DNA of 64,000 nucleotides from Macrostomum lignano (GCA_002269645.1 NIVC01003262.1:44601-108600), one strand, 5' to 3'; numbered from the stretch's first letter, positions 48,175 to 63,231 are shown. Notes: generated from the sequence alone by a model not told the origin. Numbers and translations: made by a program.

Positions 48175-49600
48175 CACGTTTGAATTGCCGCCGGCGTTGA
48201 GTTCACACGAATAAAGCCGGAAAATCGCGCAGACGAATCACAACGAATTTCTTCTCCTTTTACTCCGACAGCCGGGTCCTCAAGTCCGGGGGGAGGGTAG
48301 TAGCAATCGTAGCAGAGCGGTCCTATAGCGGCCCGATCTTTCAGATTTGTTGACTCAATGGTCTAGACACCGTAAATCTGTTTCTGAGTTGTTGAGCTGA
48401 TTACTATCAGTAGAGTAGCGCTGCCACCACCGTAATTTCGTATTACGGAACATTGAGATCTCAGAGCTCGTTCGGAGATGAGATGAGTTTGATTGTTTAA
48501 CGCCCCACGGGCAAATAACTCAAGATAAACTGTCAAGGGCTTCGATAAATGAACAACTAGTAAATTATTATTAATTATTATTGTTAATTGCGCAGGCGGT
48601 AGTTATTAGAGATAAATATTAATTTCACGAGATGTCCACGGCCGGTGCCGGGTGCCGAACGTCTAACTATTAAGCGAAACTATAAAAACTTACTTAGCAG
48701 AGGCCAAGACTATAAACACTAAACTATTATAAAACAGAAACTGGATAAACACAATCACTAATGAACGAGCACAAACCACGGAGATTACACGACGAATACG
48801 GAGAAGAAAAAAACGCGGAAAGAAAGGCGGCCCGAAATGGCCTTATAAATAGGGGAAACAATGTCGTCCGAACAGGGATGGGGCAACAGATGGGGCAGGA
48901 AGGCGAAGGATGGGCAAGGAATGGGGCAGACGATGGGGCAGCGGACGACACTAAAGCCGCAAACGGGAATTAACAAAAAATAGAGCAACGGCAAAAGATG
49001 GGGCGAGGGATGGGGCAAGGGACGGCGCACCGAGTGACAAAAAAAACAGAGAGTCATGAGCAAGTGTCACCACACGGCGTCATCACGTTCGTCGGGCAGT
49101 GGTAGATCGCCCTACCACACTTGCATGGGCGTTTGTCGAATTAATCACCACCGGCGTTGAGTTCGCACGAATAAAGCCGGAAAATCGCGCAGTCTAATCT
49201 CAACAAATTTTCTCCTGTGTACTCCGTCTGCCGGGTCCTTAATTGCGGGGGAGGGTAGTCGTAATCGTAGTCGAGCGGTCTTCGTTAGGCACTGTCGTTC
49301 AAGCTTGGGTCCACAGACACCGTAGATTAATGTACGTCGAAGTTCGTTGATGATTACTAAAAGTAGCGTATTTCTGCCACCACCGTAATTTAAGTATATA
49401 TTACGGAACGTTAATTTCTCAGAGCTCGCTTAGAGTTGAGAACGATTGGTTGTTTTACACTCCACGGGCAAATTACTCAAGATAATGCTAGCCATGGGAT
49501 TTAATTGATTAACGAATAGATATTTGGTTATCGGTTTCGATTATTGTTATAATGATGCTAATATAAATATATGAAATAAAAAAATTACGAGTTTAGCGAG
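48175..49600. repeat. Two diverged direct repeats of about 400 bp separated by a GATGGGGCA-rich block
   Basis: CCGGCGTTGAGTTC(A/G)CACGAATAAAGCCGGAAAATCGCGCAG occurs at about 48191 and 49152. A second GATGGGGCA block lies at about 50260-50460. Confidence 0.8.
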
Positions 49601-49698
49601 CAAGCTACGTTCGAGATTTTCCGGCAGAGCCGCGGTACGAGATAATAAGAGGGGTTTAACTAGTTTGAGGCTACTTAATTATAGATTCGTGAGCACAA

Positions 49699-50101
49699 CC
49701 CTAGACATTGGCTTGTTGATTCTTAGCAGATCTTGTTTATCTTCTTGGGTTGCTGCGCAAGTACTTGCAAGAACGTGCAAGATCTTCGCGCTATAATAAT
49801 ACTTAGGTAAACTTACCAGATCTGGGCGACTTGCTACATCGTACAAATTAAGATCTTAGCTTTTATATCTTTTTATACAATTAGCTTCGATCATCGCATA
49901 TTTTCTTAAATTTATAGTCCCTTTTTGTCATAAAATAAATATAATTCAGCTAGAACACTTTAGCCAAATGATCAATAACAAAACAAATGTACCTCCCATC
50001 TTAGAAGATTCCTGCAAGAACCGAGCAGATTGAGAAGATCTGCTAAGAATGGCACAGAGACAAGATCTGCTAAGTTTGAGAAACAGAATGTCCTCTAGGG
50101 C
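49699..50101. mobile_element. Degenerate MITE with a CTTAGCAGATCTTG inverted motif
   Basis: A perfect 14-bp inverted pair lies at about 49722 and 50080, and the outer ends are CCCTAG/CTAGGG. No TSD was seen. Confidence 0.5.
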
Positions 50102-52429
50102 AATTAACAAAACTAGAGTTAATTTGCGAAAGTGAAGTAAAATAACTTCCGACGTACAGTAAGGGAAATAAAATTAATTAATGGAAAATTATATATAAAT
50201 ACATGTATCAAGGCAGAAGAGGCGCGACCGCGCCGAGCCATATAAACAGTAAAACAAAAATGCCGAAGCATGGGGCAACTGATGGGGCGAGAGATGGGGC
50301 AACTGGTAGGGCAAGGGATGGGGCAGACCGTGGGGCAACGGATGGGGACACAAAAACACAGCAGAAACCAAAGCACAAACCAGCAGAAGGGAAAAAGAGG
50401 CCAACAGGAGGGCCAACAGAAGGGGCCAAAAGGATGGGCCAAAGGAGGGATGGGAAAAACACGGACACAAACCGTAGAAAAAATAAGTCATCGAAAAGGG
50501 GTCACACAAACTCAAGAAAAAATTCCAGAAAAAATTGCGGACAACTTTTACGATTTTCGTTATTTAGGAGAATCAATCTGCCTGGTAAAAGCCTAGCGTT
50601 ACGATCATAATCCTGCTAAGTACTGAAGATAAATGAGGGAGTAATCAGTTTCTGAATTAACTTCTATCAAAATGCCATTTAGAGCAGACATCCAGTAAGC
50701 CATTCACAGCTAGCTGTAGTCGATTGTGCTTGATCTGAAGGGGTTGTTTCTTTCACAAACGCGAAATTTTACAAACTCGAAAATTCACAACCGCTAAAAA
50801 CTGTCAATTATAAAGCAATCACTGTAGCTTAGTTATCTTTATGTGAAGGGCTCAACTTCTGCCCTTCCGAAATGTTTTTACTTCCGAAAGGTTAAGCCAC
50901 CAATTGTTGTTAAAGGGCTATACATTTACATGTAGTAGTTGTACCTTTTAGAATTATCTTCTGCTGACAACCAAAGTTGTCCTAGCTATAATATAGTGCT
51001 TTCAATTCTGTCTTATCAAAATCTTAATAATGCTGCACCAAAGTTGTAACAGCAATAAACTCTCTCTTTAAGTCTCAATAGTTGTCACCAAAGCTGAGTA
51101 TTAATCTGAGTATAAATCTAAGTACATGTGATGTAATTGTCTGAGTATAGGTCTAAGTAGGTCTGAGTATGCTGAGTGCATTCGATCCTTATTCCTTACT
51201 GGTAGCGTTCTTACTCTGTACATGATAGCGGTTTCTATTCTAGTGTATGGTAGCGTTCTTATTCTGCATGTACTGCAGTACTGGTAGCGTAAATTGTGTA
51301 GGCCCGAGTAGTATATTACTGTTACTAGTAAATACGCATTTTGCATGTACTGACGTAATATCTCCTCCAGTCTCTGCCAGGCGTTCCCGAGAATTAGAGG
51401 GCACGGCCTTCGGTAATATAGTAGCTATATAATATACGTATGCTTCGCAACATCGATCTACTTCTATTCTACCTCGATCTGTTTTGAAAAATGCGCACGT
51501 ATTAAAACAAAATGTTTTTCCTAGAAACGCGCGGATTTAAAATGGAATATTAGATTTTCACGTAAAAATAAAGAAGCCAATGCCACATTTACTTTTAGAT
51601 TTTAAAACGCTCAAAACTAAATTGCAATATAGCTCAATGTCCTTCTTTTTAAATCATACAGTCATCATACAGTACTGTATGTAGCATATTGTATTATGAA
51701 CAAACTACACGACGCTATGAACTGCATGACGCAATGCACTAGCTGTCTCGTTGACCATGAAATAAATCTCATTTCTATCACTTTTATCTTAGTTAACTGA
51801 CTATTAAATCACCATTACAGAATAATTAACCTATCATTCTCTATAGTTACAACTGTGCCAAGTTGACAGTCTACTAATAAAAAAGGCGGCATTTAGGTAG
51901 CTATTGTGAATTTTCATGGTTGTGGTAGAAGTATATATACGCTCGTAGATGAAATTTCGCGGTTATGCATGAAATTTGGCGTTTGTGAAATCCCACCCTA
52001 TCGGAAGGACAAAGGATCGGTACCACAACCTGTATCATTCCCCATTATCATTGCATGTAATGCGGGATTACTTTAACCTGGAAAGCCCTCCCCGGGGAGC
52101 CCGAAAAAAAGTTGGGTTTTTTTGACCCCATGGTAGTTTTTGGCACCAGAATTATGAATGATATAGTTGTTTTGAGAAGTTTTTAATAAAGTCACCGTGT
52201 TACATGTATATATCCATGTAAACGTTGCTGCAACATATTGTACAGACATATGAATTCACACGATTCAGCGATAAACGTAATAAAAAGTTGACTGCACTAT
52301 GCTGTGTGCGTAGTACATGTAATTCAATCGTTGACAGTAGCATCGTGACTTTCAAACTGCCTGCAGACTGTGATTCTACGAGCTAACAGCAGCAATTCTG
52401 CCGACGAAATTTGTGCAGCAAGTAAAGAC

Positions 52430-52835
<406 letters not shown>

Positions 52836-53486
52836 ACTAGTATCTGCTGCTATATACATGTATAGATATTAAAGATAGAAAAACCGAATTTCCTTAATGA
52901 AATAAATTATATTTTATTCAATTATTTGTGAGCCGGTCTCAATCAATAGATGGTAGAACTTTGCTCAGGAATGGGACAGTCTCATTCATGAATGGGAAGG
53001 CGCTTAAAGGATGGTAAAGGTTCAGGGATGGGAAAGCTTTGAATATGGGAAAATTCTATAGATGTGGAAGTTTTTCAGTCGGGGTGGGAGAGTTTAAAAA
53101 ACTTAAAGCAATTAGTTCATGAGCTACAAAAAAGCGATGCTGAGGCTGCAAAACGGTATCTCAATTCTCAAATGTCTATGGCAGAGAGATTCTCTCACAG
53201 CGCGGGCGTTTGACAACCCTTCGTATTATTGTAAAACAATTGTGCAAATAGAAAATTGTAAATTGAATTTAATAGCAGACTGGAATAAAGCTGCTTCAGT
53301 TGACGCAATGCTCCGATTTTTCCGCAAGCGATGGAACAGGGTAAGAAGCAGCGCCATTGTCCCCCACGACAAGAAGACGAAGCGAAAGAAATTGCAAAGA
53401 CTGACGCAAGCGGGCGAAGATTCTAAGAAAAATTCTAAACCTGACGTTCAAATGGTAAGTCCGACAGTCCGATAGTAAGTCCGGTA

Positions 53487-53780
53487 ATTGATTACATCTG
53501 CCCTATTGGCCAGATGTGCAACCGACAGCTCAGCCGCAGCTATTGCGCGGCGCATCTGAAGGCTGCATACGGCTGTTCAGTCCAAGGACTGGGTGGTCGC
53601 CACACACACCCTCAATTACCCCAGCTAATGCTGGCACCCATTTTACAGCTGGGTGAACTGAAGCAATGCAGAGTTAAGCGTCTTGCTCAAGGACACAAAT
53701 TGTTCCAGTGGTATCGGGGATCGAACCCCCGACCTTCAAGTCGTAAGTCCGACGCTCTGACCACTGGGCTACAACTCCCC
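53487..53780 (-). mobile_element. tRNA-derived CORE-type SINE, copy 1
   Basis: Reverse complement of copies 2 and 3: A box TAGCCCAGTGGT, B box GGTTCGATCCC, CORE-like GTCCTTGAGCAAGAC..CAGCTGTAAAATGGG. Confidence 0.9.
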
Positions 53781-54236
53781 TCATCTAACAGCTTTGGGTG
53801 TCTAACCCCCCCCCCACAAGAGGCACAGAGAGTGTAAATGCTTTACCATTAGATTCAGGGCTCCTGTACCCCCTGAGTGAGAGTGTGTGAGTGCGTGTCT
53901 GAGTACAGTATCGTTTTTTTGTGCTGAAGAGTCAGCGGAGTGGGCAGAATTGCCTCAGCGCTACTGGTGTGTAGTCAGCGTTGCAACAAACCGGCGCTTT
54001 GCTTCCCGACTCTCACAGGCAGTTTCCCAAACGGCACCGAAAAAATCACGCAGCGTCAGCGTCAGCAGCGCCTGCCAGACCGACTGTCCGCACCTGTGCA
54101 GTTGCGGCTGCTCTGCAGGAGAAGCCAGCGGCCTCAGCAATGCCAGCTTTGAGCGAAATGAGAAAACTTGCGATTTAGTGGAGAGAATGCTTCAGGTGAA
54201 AACTGGGAAAGCCATATTCCAGTACGTCAATATCGT

Positions 54237-54950
54237 GTCTGTGTACATCAATCGTGTGTGTCTGTGTACATCAATCGTGTGTGTCTGTGTACATCAATCG
54301 TGTGTGTCTGTGCACATCAATCGTGTGTGTCTGTGTACATCAATCGTGTGAGTCTGTGTACATCAATCGTGTGTGTCTGTGTACATCAATCGTGTGTGTC
54401 TGTGTACATCAATCGTGTGTCTGTTTACATCAATCGTGTGAGTCTGTGTACATCAATCGTGTGTCTGTGTACATCAATCGCGTGTCTGTGTACATCAATC
54501 GTGTGTGTCTAGTGTACATCAAGTGTCTGTGTACATCACTCGTGTGTCTGTGTACGTCAGTCGTGTGTCTGTGTACATCAATAGTGTGTCTGTGTACGTT
54601 GTTAGTCGTGTGCCTATGTACATCAATCGTGTGAGTCTGTGTACATCAATCGTGTGTGTCTGTGTACAACAATCGTGTGTTTGTGTACATCAATAGTGTG
54701 TGTCTGTGTACGTTGTTAGTCGTGTGCCTGTGTACATCAATCGTGTGTGTCTGTGTACATTAATCGTGTGTGTCTGTGTACAACAATCGTGTGTGTCTGT
54801 GTACATTACTCGTGTCTGGGTGTACATCACTCGTGTCTGGGTGTACATCACTCGTGTCTGGGTGTACATTACTCGTGTCTGGGTGTACACCACTCGTGTC
54901 TGGGTGTACATCACTCGTGTCTGGGTGTACATCACTCGTGTCTGGGTGTA
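54237..54950. repeat. 21-23-bp minisatellite (GTGTACATCAATCGTGTGTGTCT, grading into GGGTGTACATCACTCGTGTCT)
   Basis: Direct reading of the sequence. Confidence 0.95.
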
Positions 54951-55019
54951 CAGGCACGAGAATCGGGTACCAAAGCTGTACACAGCAGTAACTCAAGTCA
55001 CGCTGTCGGCATTCCACAG

Positions 55020-55217
55020 GCCCAGCATCCAGACGATATCGAAGCGGCAGTCAAGGCTCTAGCGTCTGCGGCAGCCACGGCGCCTGACGCTGTCGCTGCC
55101 GCCTTTGCCGAAGCATTCGGCGACAGTGGCGTCGCTGGTGGAGACGGCGTTAACAACGAGATGAACTCCAAGGCGATGATCGCTGCTGCCGCTGTTGGTG
55201 ATGCCGACTGTGCACTG
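55020..55217 (+). CDS. Probable isolated host exon (198 nt, phase 0/0), Ala-rich, ending in an ankyrin-start-like motif
   Basis: CACAG|GCCCAG...GCACTG|GTGAGT, with an open frame AQHPDD...KAMIAAAAVGDADCAL. Partner exons were not found. Confidence 0.4.
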
Positions 55218-55267
55218 GTGAGTGACTGGCGCTCATTAATTGGGCTGTGAGTGAAGTCGGAGTGACT

Positions 55268-56764
<1,497 letters not shown>

Positions 56765-56784
56765 TCATTATCAGCGTTGAGGAA

Positions 56785-57095
56785 GCCGGGTTTTAGCCTA
56801 GTGATTAGTGCGTCGGACTTACGACTTGAAGGTCGGGGGTTCGATTCCGGATCCCACTAGAACAACTTGTGTCCTTGAGCAAGACACTGAACTCTGCATT
56901 GCTTCAGTTCACCCAGCTGTAAAATGGGTGCCAGCATTAGCTGGGGTAATTGAGGGTGTGTGTGGCGACCACCCAGTCCTTGGACTGAACAGCCGTATGC
57001 AGCCTTCAGATGCGCCGCGCAATAGCTGCGGCTGAGCTGTCGGTTGCACATCTGGCCCAATTGGGGCAGGTGTAATCAGTTATTATTATTATTAT
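56785..57095 (+). mobile_element. tRNA-derived CORE-type SINE, copy 2
   Basis: A and B boxes, CORE-like centre and (TTA)n tail. Confidence 0.9.
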
Positions 57096-57572
57096 GTGCT
57101 GGCAGTGGGACGAGTGAGTGGCACCTGTTTTGGTGTCATTTAAAGAAGACTTTTAATGAAAATTTACATAAACTTCCTATTGCGAGGATCTCTTGATAAA
57201 TTTAATTGTTTTAAGTTTTCAATAATGTTACAAGATAGCATAAATGCAAGTTTTGCTATCATAATGTTCGCTAATTGAAGTTATTTCAAGACTTAAGTAG
57301 AAGCAGTATCGCAAAAATTACCTGTTTCGTACTGAAATAACAGACTGCACCAGTTAACGATTTTAAAAAATGTTTAAAACGAAAGGAATGCCTTATGCAA
57401 CAAGCTATTTTACCAAGAAATTCCAATCTCTTTTTTCGGGGGCTTGTGAAGTTTGAAGAAAATTTTTAAATACAAAAGCGGCAACCGTCTCAATTAGAAC
57501 AACATGGAAATAACAACGATATTATCGAGTATTGTTTGCTACTGAGATCGTTTAACTCAAATTAAAGCTATA

Positions 57573-57898
57573 ATGAGAAATTTGCTCAACCGGCCATACT
57601 TGGTGTCGCTACTGGTTCTCGCATCGGCTGTCTGTCTTCAAGCTGAGCGATGTGAGTTCACCGCGGAAGCAGTCACTGCTTGATCTATTTTGAATTGTTG
57701 CAAGCTGAGACCAATGTACTGAGATTATTCCTACTCATCAGCTGTGCATACTCAGTGCTATTCGTCTCAACACTCCTTATATCCCTTCTCCCTCTTGCTC
57801 TCTCTCTCTCTCTCTCCCCCTCTCTCTCTCTCTGTCTCTTTCTTTCTCTCTCTCTCTCTCTCTCTCTCCCTCTCTCTCTCTCTCTTTCTCTCTCTCCC

Positions 57899-57947
<49 letters not shown>

Positions 57948-59826
57948 CTTTCTCTCTCCCTTCTCTCCCTTTCTCCCTCTCTCTCTCCCTTCTCTTTTCC
58001 TTCTTTCCTTCTCTCTTCTACGTCTCTCTCACCTCCCTCTTGTCTCTCTTTATCTTTCTATCTCTCCCTCCACCTCTATCCCTCTACCCCACCCCATTTC
58101 TGCCAGTTTATCATCCCTATGCTTCCCTCTTTGTATGTCTCAAACTTCTGAGATAGTTAAGTCCAAGTCAGAATTAGCATGGCTCTGGGGAGAGATAATC
58201 AATACAATAGCATGAAAATTTACACATCGTCTACTCATAGTAGTAGTCTAAATGAACACGCAAAGAGAAAAAATCGATTCCTCCCAAAATCAGTCAAGTA
58301 CGTCGGCTGCCGCAATATTACCGATATTAAGCGGTACACGGAGGCTGATAATAAGAAATATTTTGAAGTGAAACTCGACGCTGATCTGATGAACTCAGTC
58401 TCGACCTGTGCAATTGTTTGTTCGAGCTACGCCGTGAAACATTTCGGCTTGAGAAACACCGATGAGTGCTGGTGCGGCGACCTGGACAGGGGCATCAAAC
58501 TGCCGCCGAAGGTGTTCTGCGACTTCATCTGCCCCGGCAGCTTCACTGACCGGTGCGGGGACCAAACCTCGTTGAGCGTCTACGAGATGCCCGTTCGATT
58601 CGCGAAGGTGAAAATTCCAGGTAAGACACAGGCTGGAAAACGCGCTTGTTTTATTGCTGGATCTTTGATGTCCTTGACCACCGGCCCCAATATCCTTGAC
58701 AACGGATTCTAATCAGTTTGAAAATTGATTCTGTCACTGACAAACAATCCGAATGACCTTGAAAACTACTCTTAATTCCATTTACAACCGATTCTATTGT
58801 CATTGATAACCGATTCTATTGTCATTGACAACCGATTACTATTGTCATTGACAACCGATTCTATTGTCATTGACAACCGATTCTATTGTCATTGACAACC
58901 GATTCTATTGTAATTGACAACCGATTACTATTGTCATTGACAACCGATTCTATTGTCATTGACAACCGATTCTATTGTCATTGACAACCGATTCTATTGT
59001 CATTGACAACCGATTCTATTGTCATTGACAACCGATTCTATTATACGAGCGTACCATAGACAACAGGCTCTATTATCATTATTTGACTCTCGGTTGTAGC
59101 CCAGTGGTTGGAGCGTCGGACTTACGACTTGAAGGTCGGGGGTTCGATTCCCGATACCACTGAAACAATTTGTGTCCTTCAGCAAGACGCTTAACTCTGC
59201 ATTGCTTCAGTTCACCCAGCTGTAAAATGGGTGCCAGCATTAGCTGGGGTAATTGAGGGTGTGTGTGGCGACCCCCCAGTCCTTGGACTGAACAGCCGTA
59301 CGCAGCCTTCAGATGCGCCGCGCAATAGCTGCGGCTGAGCTGTCGGTTGCACATCTGCCCATTAGGACAGGTGCAATAAATTATTATTATTATTATCATT
59401 ATTATTATTATTATTATTATTAATGAGCTCCCGGTTGTCAAAGACAATTATAGGACTCTATAGAAGTTTATGCCTCAATAAACTCATTTTGAAACACATT
59501 TCTGTACCTTGCCGCCAATTGCAGCCGAACCAGTCGGTTGCTATATAAGTTCCGAGCAGTTAAAGCTGAAAGCGGAAGTTCCAAATCCCGAATTTGTCAC
59601 TCACGAGAAGTGCTCTCGAGCTTGCTGGATGAGACGTCAAAAGCTGTTTGGCTTCCTTGACGGTGTCTGCCACTGCGGCAACCAGCTGTCGGACGAAGAC
59701 GCGATGCTCATCAGCATGGAAAATTGCGAGAAATTGTCCTGCCCCGGAAACGCTGCGAAACCCTACGAGTTCTGCGGCACGGACGGCAATTTTATCGTGT
59801 TTAAAGTCGCCACGGAGTCGCAGTGA
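57573..59826 (+). CDS. Secreted protein with signal peptide and two WSC domains (235 aa, 3 exons)
   Basis: join(57573..57651,58294..58620,59525..59826) = 708 nt, with GT-AG phase-1 introns. Hydrophobic leader MRNLLNRPYLVSLLVLASAVCLQA. Domains YVGC..C..VC..FGLRNTDECWCG..C...CPG..RCG..LSVY and PVGC..KCSRAC..FGF..CHCGN..C..CPG..FCG. Confidence 0.85.
57795..58080. repeat. (CT)n microsatellite in WSC intron 1
   Basis: Direct reading of the sequence. Confidence 0.95.
58783..59040. repeat. About 21-bp tandem repeat (ACAACCGATTCTATTGTCATTG-type) in WSC intron 2
   Basis: About 12 near-identical units. Confidence 0.95.
59087..59421 (+). mobile_element. tRNA-derived CORE-type SINE, copy 3, in WSC intron 2
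   Basis: Same head, CORE and tail as copy 2, with a long (TTA)n tail. Confidence 0.9.
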
Positions 59827-60141
59827 TTGCAGCGAATTATTTATTCGATTTAAACAAATTTTATCGATAACACTGCCATCATCTGATTATAAATAAATAA
59901 ACAAACTGAGTTGGGCAAATTGTTTTTAGTGCTATAGTATGACGACAGCTGCATGTTGTTGGAGAGGAATGCCGTTGGGTGCGATTGACTTCATGCTTAG
60001 ACTCTGGTGTGTTAATCCACCAGGATTATAGATGCATGCTATTTAAATATTAATAACTCATGCACACGGTCACACGGTGTGTACAGCGGCACTATGACTG
60101 TCTTAAAGCCCTCCAAATGAGTGTGCCGCGCACGAAATCGA

Positions 60142-60695
60142 ACCAGGGGAACCAGGGGGACCAGGGGGACCAGGAGAACAGGGAGAACTAGGGGAACTAG
60201 GAGAGCCAGGGGGACCAGGAGAACCAGAGGAACCAGGGGAACTAGGGGAACCAGGGGAACCAGGGGAACCAGAGAAACCAGGAGAACAAAGGGAACCAAG
60301 GGAACCAAGGGGACCAGGGGAACGAGGGGAACCAGGGGAAACAGAAGAACCAGGGGAACCAGGGGAACCAGGAGAACCATGGGAACCAGGGGACCAGGAG
60401 AACCAGGGGAACCAGGGGAACCAGGAGAACCATGGGAACCAGGGGACCAGGAGAACCAGGGGAACCAGGGGGACCAGGGGAACCAGGAGAACCATGGGAA
60501 CCAGGGGACCAGGAGAACCAGGGGAACCAGGGGACCAGGGGAACCAGGGGAACAGGGGGACCAGGGGGACCAGGGGAACCAGGGGAACCAGGGGAACGAG
60601 AGGAACAGGGAGAACCAGGAGAACCATGGGAACCAGGGGGACCAGGGGGTTCCCCAGGAGAACCAGGGGGATCAGGGAAACCAGGGGAACAGGAT
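60142..60695. repeat. Purine-rich 9-bp minisatellite (GGAACCAGG variants)
   Basis: A degenerate tandem array with frequent 1-bp indels. Confidence 0.9.
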
Positions 60696-61610
60696 AACTA
60701 TGGTTCAATGTTCAACTCGATAACTTCAGTAACAAGCGACCCCTTGGATAACCGCGGTGTGACTGCAGTTTTAAGTATATGTTGTTAGACAAAGATTGTT
60801 ACAATTAATTACTAAAGGGTTTTTAGTGATTCAGTTATAGATCTGTCTGTGCTAGAACATGTTAGATAAGAGATGAGGGGTGATGAGGATAAAATACGTG
60901 TCAGACAAATGACAAATCTAAAACGGTGCATAAATCTCCCCTGTTATATACTCGCCAATCAGGTGCCAAACGGTGATCGCGAGTTCGAATCTGCCGCGCA
61001 GCCGCTGTCGAGTCTCCTGCCGCAGCCTCTGAAGCCCCTGACGCCGCCGCGGCCGACATCTTCGCCTCCAGCTGTGCCGGCTGTCTCGGCCCTCGGTCTC
61101 AGCCTCGCCGTCGGATTTCAATGCGGCGGCCTTCGACACGGCTGGTCGGCTCTGGTGACCGCGGTGCCAGCCGCTCAGGGCCAGCCACCCGCCTGGACTT
61201 CGCCGCAGTTCGACTGGTTCTCCAGCGGGGACACCAGCTTGGAGTGAGTGCTGAGATGCGAAGGCATTGCTCGGGTAGTCAAGGACTCGATGAGGTTGCG
61301 AGGTACTGCGAGGGAGCCAGAGAACCTAACTGGCCTTTCTCAGTTCAAGAGGTGTCACTGAACTCAAATACACACTCACACACACGCTCACACAGGGTGT
61401 ACATGTACAGCGGCCCTTTGACTTTCTAATCGTCAGGCCATGTACACTCTCTTTGCCTTTGGGGTTGGCCCAGCTCATAGCTGCATGTAGATCGCACGAC
61501 AAGCCCCCATTGGCCCAAGTCAACGAGAAACACATCATTGGTATCTACAACCAATAAAGCCAAGCCAGACTCATTCAGCAACCCACACTGCAACCAACAG
61601 CTACTTGGTG

Positions 61611-63231
61611 ATGGCAACATTTTCGAGCGAGTCACCGCAGCAGCAGCAACTTGAAGGCGGCGAGAGAAGCAGGAAAAAGCGCTTCATCACTTTGACCAAA
61701 TATCCGCTCAAAGAGCAGCCTGTGCAGCTGCCACCAGCTTCCTCGAGCGGCAATCGAAAGAAACAATCCTCGTTCCCATCAGCGTCCGAGGTTCGAATCT
61801 TGACTGCTCAAGCTGAAACGTCCGTGGCCTGCAACGGCAGACTGATAGGACTCTACTGCACCGCTGGCTACGTTGCCATGGCAATTCGTCAGCGAGACAA
61901 TAATATTAAAATTCAAATTTACAATTGCGACCTGTGGCCAATCAGCTCGGAGCAGCTGCTGCGAAATCCCAGCTTAGTCAGGGAAGCCACCGAGGCAGGC
62001 GACATTGTCAACGAGAAAGTGCAGTGCGTCACTGTTGACAAAGCCGAGCAGACTCTGATGTACTTTCACACCTACAGGCTGATCAGCGCTGGGAACAAGC
62101 AGATGCGAAGGTATGGGGAACAGTGTGTGTGGGTATGGGGAACAGTGTGTGTGGGGTATGGGGAACAGTGTGTGTGGGTATGGGGAACAGTGTGTGTGGG
62201 GTATGGGGAACAGTGTGTGTGGGTTATGGGGAACAGTCTGTGGGTGGTATGGGAACAGTGTGTGTGGGGTATGGGGAACAGTGTGTGTGGGGTATGGGGA
62301 ACAGTGTGTGTGGGGTATGGGGAACTGTGTGTGGGGTATGGGGAACAGTCTGTGGGTGGTATGGGATACAGTTCATACCAATATAACACAGTGGCACAGT
62401 GGTACTGGGGAACAGTTTATGCATATTTACCGAACGCGGATCCCCCATCCCATGCACAGGCTCTGCAGCATCAGCCTGCCCGACCTGCAGGTCCATCGCC
62501 GTCTCCAGCTAAAAGACGACGTCAAATCAATCAAAGTTGGGAGCAAATTTTTTGCACTGTACTTTCGCGACTGCCGCCTAGCCGTGTACTGCAAATCCAG
62601 CCGGTCGGTTGTGTTCGAATTCTCCGCGCAGAAGCTCGGCTGCCTGTTCCTACCTGGCGACACATTCGAGCTGGACAGCCAGGACAGGCTGGTGGAGGTC
62701 TCAGAGAAGCGGGTCCGCAGCCTGTTCTACAACGGCGTCACCTACCGGGACTGCGACTGCGCCAACCTGCAGGAGCTCATCAGCGGCGGCAGGCGGCGGC
62801 TGATTGGTCGGCGAGCGGAGTTCTACGAAGCACTGCAGTGCCACTTAGCCACCCTGCGCCTCGGGCAGCAGCAGCAGCAACAGCAGCAACATCACCAGCC
62901 CCAGAGTCTGCAACACCAGCAGCACCAGCCAACAATTCACACTGCAGGCAATAGCGGAGGCGGCTGCAGCAGGCGGGCCTGCACCATGAAAACCCGGCTG
63001 CGGGTGAACACGAAACTACTGCGCAGGGTTGAGCAGCATCTGTGCACCGCCGCGATCGAGCAGCAGAGAAGACCGACGGCTCTGCCAATACTGGTGTGCG
63101 AGGATGCCTTCTGGCTGGAGGCAGTGGTGGCTGGAGCTGCTGACCCGGTGGGAGTTCATCAGACAGCCCCTGATTCCCAGCAGCAGCAGCAGCAAAAGCT
63201 AGCAAAACAGCCATTAAAGAAGCGTAGTTGA
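61611..63231 (+). CDS. Two-exon orphan protein (423 aa from ATG 61611) with poly-Q tracts
   Basis: join(61611..62110,62460..63231) = 1272 nt. The phase-2 GT-AG intron 62111-62459 exactly removes the 21-bp repeat array and joins the two overlapping ORFs. Upstream exons are possible. Confidence 0.7.
62111..62420. repeat. About 21-bp minisatellite (GGGTATGGGGAACAGTGTGTGT) filling the intron of the orphan gene
   Basis: Direct reading of the sequence. Confidence 0.93.

Noticed and set aside
53514-53837. Recurrent ORF MCNRQLSRSYCAAHLK (also 56857-57060 and 59079-59447)
   Set aside because: Antisense reading of the SINE, not a gene family.
56790-56860. tRNA-Val(TAC) gene
   Set aside because: The anticodon and acceptor stems pair poorly and the sequence continues into the SINE body in all three copies. 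It is a SINE head.
60039-60788. Collagen-like GEPGEP / Gly-X-Y ORFs
   Set aside because: The Gly-X-Y register jumps between frames at frequent 1-bp indels, and there is no signal peptide or splice context. This is a 9-bp minisatellite.
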